A DNA stretch of 39,388 bases from Coniocarpon cinnabarinum (taxonomy: Eukaryota). Where the stretch lies: contig JAVECO010000080.1 in NCBI GenBank assembly GCA_051942205.1, positions 62,001 to 101,388 of the forward strand. Reading direction: 5' to 3'. This document shows positions 31,394-39,388 of this stretch, one piece after another (position 1 is the first letter of the stretch; each line of letters starts with the position of its first letter). The position numbers were made by a program, and so were the translations under genes. The notes under the pieces are model-generated. The model ran no database searches and was not told where the DNA came from. It was given only the letters and a program-made list of their open reading frames with translations.

Positions 31394-33003
31394 GGCAGGC
31401 TGCGGAGAATTCTCTTTGTGTGTTGACCAGGTGACGGTAGACAAAGGCAGAGGAGCGTCGATGAGCCAATGATGGCTGCTTCAAGAGGCAATAGGGGAGC
31501 GCAGGTGAAGCGTTTCCGGCGGGGCAGGTTAGGGTCTCTGATGGAACGAAGGACAAAGGTGACAGAAGAAAGGAAGCAGGAGGGTTGAGGCGGAGGAGGG
31601 AGAGATGGGAAGAGAGAGGGTCGTGGCGTGAATGAGCGGTGGTTTGGCTGAACGAATGTTGGATGAATTGACTGCGCCCGGTCAGGGGCGGCGCTGCAAC
31701 CCTAACCCCCAGTGTTTCCCCCTCACGGAGGTCTCTGATTTCACGAGGCTTTTCTGAAACAGGCGATGTGGATGCGCTGAACCTTGATCAGGCGACAAGC
31801 GAGCCACCAATCATGACTTGGAGCGATGCTTCTTGTCCTCCCTCTCTCCAGGAGTGTGAAGTTTTTTTGTAAACGATTTTTGACACAAAATTGAAATGTC
31901 AGAAAATAAGCGCAGCCATCTGACGGCCTCGAGACACAGGAGAGAAAGCATTGGAGAAGCGTTGGGGGCGTGGCGCAGTAGCAGGGTAGCGCGTGGGTAG
32001 GGTGGCAGGGTGGCAGGATGCAGCGCCGTCATTGGCTGCTCTCCTGCACCTGAGGGACTTGGCGTTGTGGCGTCACTTGTCGTCTGTCGTCTAAGAATAG
32101 ACACCCGCACACTACGGAGTACCTACCTGCCTTACCTGGGTATACACGCACTCAGGGCTCCTCACCGCCCACACCACTTCAAGGCGCCCCTGGGAAGACT
32201 GCAGTATAGCTCGGGACTGCCCCCCCGTACGTCAACACTCCTCACTTTACCCCGCGCGTCTAGACAGCAACTATTCTCATAGTCTTGCTTTCATCAAAAG
32301 GAGCATCCAAAAACAAGTCCAGACTACTACGTAGGTAGCTGAGCTGCACCTCATGCCTGCTTGTCTTCTCCTTCGCCAGCGCCCTCTCACACCTGTCAAT
32401 TTTCATCTCCAGGCCTGCCACACCGACATGTGACTCCAGTCTTCGCACGACCCTGACCATATGTCTCCTGAGAGTGGCAAACCCTTTGAAGCAGTAGACC
32501 ATATGCAATAGCTTGACTTGTCCCCGCTGCTGCGCACGGGCTTCAATGTCTTGACCACATCTTGGGCCTCAGAGCTGCCTATACTCACTTGCGAAAAGTG
32601 GACAAGCTCGTGCGAGTCATGACTATCCAAGACGGTGACGCCCATAGACACCTCTCACATCTCTAGACCGACTGCACCACCCACTCATCTTTCCGCATCG
32701 CCTCTTCCCATTTGGAGAGAGGTAGAAAGGGGGATCTTACAAGGCATCGCACTTACAACAGTAACTCTAAATTTTCAGTTGCTGAAAAGGCAATGCCATT
32801 TCCGCTCGAAAACTTGCACACCTGTCGCACGAAATTCTATACGTTTTGTTTCTTGCAAGTTGTTCAACACAAGTAAATCGATCAACGCGAGGCGGTTGTC
32901 ACAGGACGGATCGTGAACTCTTCGATACTGCCAAGAGGTGCGGTATGTCATTCGAGGTAGAGATGCGTCTTCATACAATCAGGACGTTCCCTGGTGCATT
33001 CTT

Positions 33004-33749
33004 CTAGGAACCCGCCTGGGTGCTAGATCCCTGCCCACCCGCCACGTGTCCACTCTTCTCATGACCGTGGGACGGTCCGGCACGACCTCGAAAAATGTTC
33101 GGCACCACACGATGATGCTCTGGGCCTGTGAAGTGCACTTCCAGTTGGTATTCGTGAATGTCGCGCTGCGATCTTCTGTAACTCTGAAACACCGTGACCA
33201 TCTCCTCGATGGTTATTTCGAACTTGTAATTTTTCGCTTGAGTGACTGGTAGAAACGCCGATTCCGCCTTCTCACGCCAGTTCTTGTGGTCAGTGTGGAA
33301 AAGTCGAAACACCAAAGTGTTCTCATCACTACGTCAAGAATGTGAGTCCTCTTGTGCTTTACAACGGATGCGTGCGCAATAGGCACAACAATGTGAAGAC
33401 GTTGTGCGACTATTGATGGGCTTAAACAGTGACTCTGGCATACTCACACTGATATATGCGCGTCTCTAGGCTCGCCATCGCATTTGTTTCTCACACCCTC
33501 CTGATCCTCATGGATTTTTAGCGAACAGATTGGGACGATGAGCTTGCTGCATACGTCATCCCAATTGTCGGTCTGGAGCGCATTCTTCACCCCATCATCT
33601 CCGAACTCGTTTCCATGCTGTGCGAGAGTGGAAAGGAGATCCACGAGCGGTCCAGGGCGCTGTCCACGGCTAATGCGGGCGTCACTCCGCTGCGAAACGA
33701 GTTGATCGTCATTTAGAGCCGCGTTGAGGATTTGCTCATGTCGACTCAT
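33004..33749 (-). CDS. Hypothetical ~208-aa protein (two exons)
   Basis: Two ORF-track fragments join in frame through a phase-2 intron 33447-33329 (GTGAGT..TTGAC..TAG), giving ..DAHISV/DENTLVFRLFHTDHKNWREKAESAF... Composition looks globular; no family recognised. Confidence 0.55.
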
Positions 33750-35555
33750 AGTGTATTCAGTGACTTCTATATGTTGACTGCAGGGGGCGAATCTGGTCCT
33801 TTTGAATCAGTGATGAACAGAGAAACTGTGCGAACTTATCATAGACTATCTAGGCTCATATAACATCCAGCAGAAGAGTATCAACATGTATCTTATAGCC
33901 TAAAGAAACGGTACACGTGTCTTTGTGCATCTTGATGTGGCCACGTTATGTCAATCCTAGACTTGATTACTGACAGATGGCCCTCAAGTTGGCTTGAGAC
34001 ACTCGGAAGCAAGCTGCCAGTCGCTGCATGCGTGCGAGCAAGATCCGTCTTTTTACCAATCCTTGATCGTAGGATGCGACCTTGCAGTTTAGCTGGTCAC
34101 AATCGAGATCTGGCCCTTTGCCATGGCAGTAGGTCCTGCAAACAGTGTCATGTAACGCCTCGAGGGCTACGTGGGATCCTTGAAACAGTCAAGGAGTCTT
34201 CCGAGAGCTCCAAGAGGCTAGTCGAACTTGCAAGGAGGAAGCGTTAGAAGGCCCATGCAGAGGTCACACTGCTAGCGCAAAGAAGGCTTTGCCTTCTCCA
34301 GCTGCGGATTCTGAATGCGGAAACCAATCCAGGCCTGGCGGGGCGACCAACAGGGAACGACTCGAGGCAAGGCGGTCCAGAAGCTATTTTTGATACTGGA
34401 CAGGTTGCTAACATGACATACTGCAGAGGCAACCTGCAAAGCACTCCTGCAGCGAGGAATACAATCTCTCAGCAGAGCACAGCTGACGCCTCCAGCGTCG
34501 TTCTCCAAAGCTCTGTACGCATGCATCCACAACAGCCTTCGTGTGCACGTGCCCACGCGGTGCAAAAGCTTATTTCAATCTTGTGGACGGAGCAATCACT
34601 GCTGCTCTGGAATGGTGACAAATTGTATTCGATAAGGTGAGTTGATAACCTACGTAGATAGGGGGTGACAGGGCGAGCAATACCTGCCAGAGCCTGTAGT
34701 CGCGGCGTCCCGCGCCACGAAGAGTATAGTCAAGGAGTCTCATTTCCGTTCAAATTTTAAAACCTGTGATATGCCCAAATCGCGCATTGTCCTCCACCAC
34801 GCCCAACGTTAGGCAGGAGATGACGCATACTCGTGACGTGCAGTCAGCTGAAGTCTGGCAGTATGAAGGTTGCGTTCAGGATTGTGTAGTCCAAGACTGG
34901 CGCCATGAGGGTGGTCTATCAACACCGCCCCGTCATCCTGCCAAATAATAGCCGCCCGTTTCCGGCCGCGCTGCAGTCTGCCAACCATCTCCGGCGCTGG
35001 TGAAATAACCACACGACCTTTGCACTGCTCGCTTGTCACACGTGCGTGCTCAGCGTTCCAAGGGATAGAATCCTGTTTGAACGTATGCATCGCGAATGTT
35101 TTGTGGCTTCCACACACAACAGATCCGCTTTTTGTTCTGTGACTTGCGGGTATCATATGTGGCAAATTGGGCAGGGTCGTGTTTCTAATGATGAATTTGC
35201 TATGGAGGTAGGTGAGGACATGTTCAAGGTGGAACTGCGTAATAAGACAGCCGAGCGAGTCTGTCACGGGACGGATTATCTTCCGCAATGTTACTAGAAG
35301 CGCAAACTCGTGCCCACTTCAATTAGTTGCTGCATTTACACTGACTATGAAACACCACTCGCCACAGAGCGATATGCCCGTAAGCTGGGCGAAAGCATTA
35401 CGAGGCTCGAAACACATTGAACACCATAAGTGGATCCAGCTTGTTGAGAGCGGCAGTTCCAAAGAATGTTGCTGCGACCTAAGCACAAGCAGAGCCCTTT
35501 GAGGTCTGTCACTTGCACGCACCTCGTCCCTCAAACGAAGCTGCGTATAGCGTGG

Positions 35556-37054
35556 TCAAGCCATGGGCTCATCGGCAATGTAGTGTAGGTAAGCGCCAAG
35601 CAGCTTGATACCACCAATGTAATTTCTTCGATCCAGTTTCTCGTTGATACTGTGCGCGCCGTCCGTCGAGCTGCCCATCGGTAGCAAGAGTACATTCTTC
35701 TTCAAGCTTTCCTCGAATGTGAGTGTGACCTTTTGAAGTCTCGTTAGCAATCCACTTTTGTCGTGACTGAACGTCGTCCTTGACATCGGGTGCTCACCGG
35801 TATCGAGCCTCCTTCTCGCGTGAGATCAGGCTTCACACCCCAAACATGCTCAACTGCTTTGCTGGCTGCTGTGAAGTTCCAATGCCTGGGGTCCGCGACC
35901 CACCACTTGCCTGAATGTTGGCATGATACCTTGCAGGTGTTCTTAGACTTGAGTGACGAGAAGACGGACTGCACATGTTTCTCGACTGCTTGATTTACCG
36001 ATTTAACTTGCAAGTTAGGAACGGTGCGAATGCTGAACTTGCCGATCACTTTTGCAGGTATGACTGTCTTGGCGCCAGGCGCGGAAAACGCGCCTTCAAT
36101 TCCGTGAAGTGATAGACTGGGATATCGCCACCTGGCCATCAGGGTATCTTCTTTGGTAGGATATACGCCGGTCGTGCTTCCCATCGCTTCATGGAAGTCA
36201 TCCATGGTGTAGGCTATATTGCTGTAGATGTTCTGCTCGTCTTTCGTCTTGGGGGCAACTTGCTCCATGATGCCAGGAATCAGAATCTTGCCATCCGTAT
36301 CCACAAGACTAGACATGACCCGTGTCAGATCCGTCATGGGTTCTTGCGCCGCACCGCCGAAGATTCCGGAATGTAGATCTTGCCCAGGCCCGCTGATCTC
36401 GATGCTGTAGTATTGGACACCACGAAGGCCGTACGTCAAGCACGGTTTCTCCGTGCCAAGCCAGTAGTTGTCTGAAATGCATACAGCATCTGCGTCTTTA
36501 AAGTAGCCGTTGGCTTCTTGCGCGATGAAATCATCCAGACCCTCGGACCCGTACTCTTCCATACCCTCAAAGCACATCAGTAGGTTGACCGGAAACTCAA
36601 CGCTGGCCTTTTGGTGTGCCTCGATCGCGTTCAGCCATCCTAGGACAGGGCTCTTATCGTCTGAGCTGCCTCGGCCACGCATTCGATCTTTACTGTCCAC
36701 GGTGAGCTCAAAAGGCGCTGTGGCCCACCCGTCCTCTTTGAGTGCTGGCTGGACATCGTAATGTCCGTAGACAAGTATGGTGCGTTTGTTTTTGTCGTTG
36801 CCGTAGCGTGCCACGATTACAGGAGGAAGATCGAGATGTTCTTTGTGCGGCTGCTTGCCCAATGGTCGTGCTTCAACAGACGCGCCGAGTTTCTCGAGCT
36901 CCGCCTTTAGAAAGTTGCCCATGCGGACGACATCTGGTCTGCGGGCGTCATCGGCGGAGACGCTCGGAATAGCAACGGCTGCTCGCAGGCGCTGGATGAA
37001 GGACTCCGCGAGGGCGTCCACCTGGGTGAAGTAAGGATCTAGAGACTTAGCCAT
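35556..37054 (-). CDS. DUG1: Cys-Gly metallodipeptidase Dug1/CNDP2 (peptidase M20)
   Basis: Exons 37054-35798 and 35729-35556. Motifs [53 protein letters not shown]. An upstream in-frame ATG lies at 37174. Confidence 0.96.
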
Positions 37055-38409
37055 GAGCAGCTCTGTATTCTCGTTCAGAGCTTCGGCGCAGCGCAAGTGG
37101 CGTGCGATTGCCAATACACCGCGAGTGGTCGATGAGATTAAGAGAGGAGTGGGGCTGGCCTCGAGACCCGGCATGCTGGACCCACGTGAATTTTCGCCCC
37201 CATATAGTGCGTTTCAGATCTGAGACCAATTACAGATCCAATCAGACGGGAGGATCGAGCGGTGCAACTCAAATCCAACTTCATCCCATCCTCTTCGACT
37301 GCACTGCCTTGCCTCTTTGCTCTTCTCTTGTGAAATGCATGTTTCTCCTCAACGTCTCCGCGCCCGTGAGAACCTCTCGAACCTCTTGTATCCCATGGAA
37401 CGATGTTTGTTGTCCACTGGTAAGACCTCGTGCATATGTAGGAAAAAGGTAGAGAAGTAAGAATCTGCACGCAACTTTGTCAAAACGATCGCACTGGGCG
37501 GTATGCCCGTTTAGTAGACCAACATTGATCGCTGTGTGACTCTTTGATTTGCTAGGATACTACGAGTTCTCTGAAGAGGCGGTGTAGAGTGTTTTTCAGC
37601 TTAATCGCAGTTCAGGAGAAATCGTTGGGAATTTGCTGGTGTTGAGCAAGATTTAATAGGTTTTCCTTACGGCACATCATAATTGCAGAGCTCGTCGTCG
37701 CTGGATTGCATGCTTGAAGTCTCTGCATAGGTTAGCGAGCGGTGCAGAGTCAGTGGCTGTTGAGATGCTCAATGGCTCAGATTTGGGGTGATGCTATAAT
37801 CGCGCCTTCTGTCGCACCTCAGGCAAGCACGCTCCTACGTACCTGCTGCTCTTTCTACGTGTAGGCTCCGAACACTGCATAACTTCACTTCATAAAAATG
37901 AAGAGGTTCAATTTGTCTGATTTTGATCTGGGTTGAATCTGGCTTTATCTTTGCTCGCCGCTCGCGTAACAGCTCACGTTTGATTAGCAATACAACATTT
38001 GATCCCAACATTGAGCGCATATCCTTTGCAAGATTTCCAATAATGTTTTGCATGATCTATGTCGGGATTGTGGTATCAAATTGCAGTTCATCCATAAAGA
38101 AATTCTATGTGAGCCGAAAATACTCTCATTTCGTGGCTATTGCTGCACTATACACTGCTGACATCTTTCGAGTAGATTTCATGCACCCTGTCCATACCAT
38201 TACGCCCGCCGCCCTTGACCAGTCAATTCAAATCAGTTGTACACGACCGTCGTCGCTCCAGAAATTAGTATCATTGCCGCGGACATCGCCAGCGCCGTAC
38301 ATGCTTCAGCGTCCTGGCTCATATGCCTCTGCTGCGCTACACAAAAGTCAACCTTTCGATGCGTTTTCTGCTATCGTTCGCCACACGGTGGCACGTTTGC
38401 CAAGGACTC

Positions 38410-38755
38410 GATTACAATACTCACGGCCAATGATTACAATACTCATGTCACTAATGTGACTCATTCTCGTTGGTATCATGGCAACCAGTGCCTAGTTCGG
38501 AGCAAGAGTATGAGCGGGCTATTGTCGATCCTCAACATGACCGAATATCATGACCGAATATCATGCTCACGTCACCGTTGTGACTCGTTTTCGTTGCTGG
38601 TACGGCGACTGTTGTCTGGTTCATAGCACATATATGACCTAGCCTTTGCCGATCTCCACGCCACCGCACGAATTGTTGAGCCTTTGTGGATCCTGAAGCA
38701 CCTGCAGTATACACTGATGTGACTCATTCTCGTTGCTGTTGTTGCAACTGTTTAG
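38410..38755. repeat. Three degenerate direct repeats (~45 bp core) plus short tandem duplications
   Basis: Core TGTGACTC(A/G)TT(C/T)TCGTTG starts at 38455, 38579 and 38718. GATTACAATACTCA occurs at 38410 and 38432. CATGACCGAATAT is tandem x2 at 38536-38561. Confidence 0.85.
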
Positions 38756-38776
38756 CGCTTGCCGATCCCCAGCGCA

Positions 38777-38783
38777 TATAAAA
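38777..38783 (+). promoter_or_regulatory. TATA box followed by CT-rich leader
   Basis: TATAAAA, then a long pyrimidine tract, then CAACATG (good fungal start context) at 38895. Confidence 0.65.
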
Positions 38784-38894
38784 GAAATCTTTCTTCCCTC
38801 GCATTTCTGTTTCCTTTCCTCTCTTTTTCCCTCCCATTCCCCTCATACACTTCATTCCGACCACACAGCATACCACTTTTTTTCGATTATCAAC

Positions 38895-39388
38895 ATGCAG
38901 TCTTCTTCTCGCTCATCTTCTTCTTCCTCTTCCTCCTCTTCTTCCTCCCTCAAGCTCCAAGGTTCTGGACCGGCGGCTTGCCACCGTCGCGCTCAGCCGA
39001 GAGCATTTTACCCTCCCTCGGCCTATCCCGAGAGCCGCTCGTTCGCGAGGTCAGCTCACAGGGACCTGCCAGCAACACTCGACCAGCAAGCAGCGCTCGA
39101 AGCACGACGGAGCGCTCGCGAGTTGAGGTCAAAGCCCTGGTTGGCCGGCCAGGCGAGCAACAAAGTGGTGACTTCGTCACCGTCCACTCTTTCTGCAGAC
39201 TCGGCGGCTCCTCCCAGCCAGCCCGAGCCTGTGTCCCTTCGTTCATCATCTGCCATTGCTGCCATTGCGGCTAGTCTTTCGCTTTCCCCCGAACAGGTGC
39301 CGGTCGACACCATCGCCTCCTTGCAGTCGCTCGTTTCTGCAATGGAGAGCTTCGACCCGTCCACTCCTTTGCCCCCTGCCCCTACCCC
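38895..39388 (+). CDS. Ser/Pro-rich hypothetical protein, runs off the right edge
   Basis: Not in the ORF track (no stop in the window). MQSSSRSSSSSSSSSSSLKLQGSGPAACHRRAQPRAFYPPSAYPESRSF... is open for 164 codons to the window end, downstream of the TATA and CT box. Confidence 0.65.
   Translation, partial: MQSSSRSSSSSSSSSSSSLKLQGSGPAACHRRAQPRAFYPPSAYPESRSFARSAHRDLPATLDQQAALEARRSARELRSKPWLAGQASNKVVTSSPSTLSADSAAPPSQPEPVSLRSSSAIAAIAASLSLSPEQVPVDTIASLQSLVSAMESFDPSTPLPPAPT

Noticed and set aside
31698..32100. Telomere-like AACCCTAACCC, Crz1-like GAGCCAC and Rlm1-like CTAAGAATAG upstream of chitin synthase
   Set aside because: Short, single or imperfect matches expected by chance; they cannot be supported without conservation data.
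34766..35502. Several 60-160-codon ORFs on both strands
   Set aside because: No consistent start or splice model and no motifs.
37835..38459. 178-aa plus ORF, and a stop-riddled minus frame with a kinase-like GDVRGN..RVQLI*IDWSRA stretch
   Set aside because: The plus ORF has a non-ATG start and no motifs. The minus-frame motif spacing does not fit HxDxxxxN and contains several stops, so the resemblance is too weak to call a pseudogene.
38410..38755. Repeat-spacer pattern as a CRISPR array
   Set aside because: Fungal context, only three degenerate copies, long unequal spacers and no cas genes.
38759..39274. 171-aa ORF with an F/L-rich apparent TM segment
   Set aside because: The hydrophobicity comes from translating the CT-rich leader. 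It starts at TTG upstream of the TATA box, and the ATG-38895 frame is better supported.

Overview
Gene-dense eukaryotic DNA from a filamentous ascomycete (Pezizomycotina): short GT-AG introns with CTAAC/CTGAC branch sites, and no prokaryotic, CRISPR, rRNA or tRNA signal that I can see. I reconstructed about 22 coding loci by hand-splicing. The housekeeping backbone is GUF1, GET3, MIM2, a NOP13-type RRM protein, MRPL20, an MFS transporter, an MGR3-like TPR protein, SRAP/HMCES, a claudin-like tetraspan protein, UBC12, a class III chitin synthase and DUG1. A secreted GH26 hydrolase at the left edge is missed by the ORF track. The most interesting accessory items are: (1) a 989-aa coiled-coil protein with a C-terminal RNase H-fold domain and no reverse transcriptase; (2) a four-exon secreted precursor with Gly-dibasic (Kex2-type) sites, next to a second small secreted peptide gene, a stand-alone 2OG-Fe(II) oxygenase and an MFS exporter; (3) an uncharacterised protein that I infer is the Nse5-like SMC5/6 regulator; (4) a GC-AG intron in UBC12; (5) a triplicated promoter module with TGACTCA sites in front of an unknown ORF at the right edge. 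Family calls come from motif recognition only; no searches were run.
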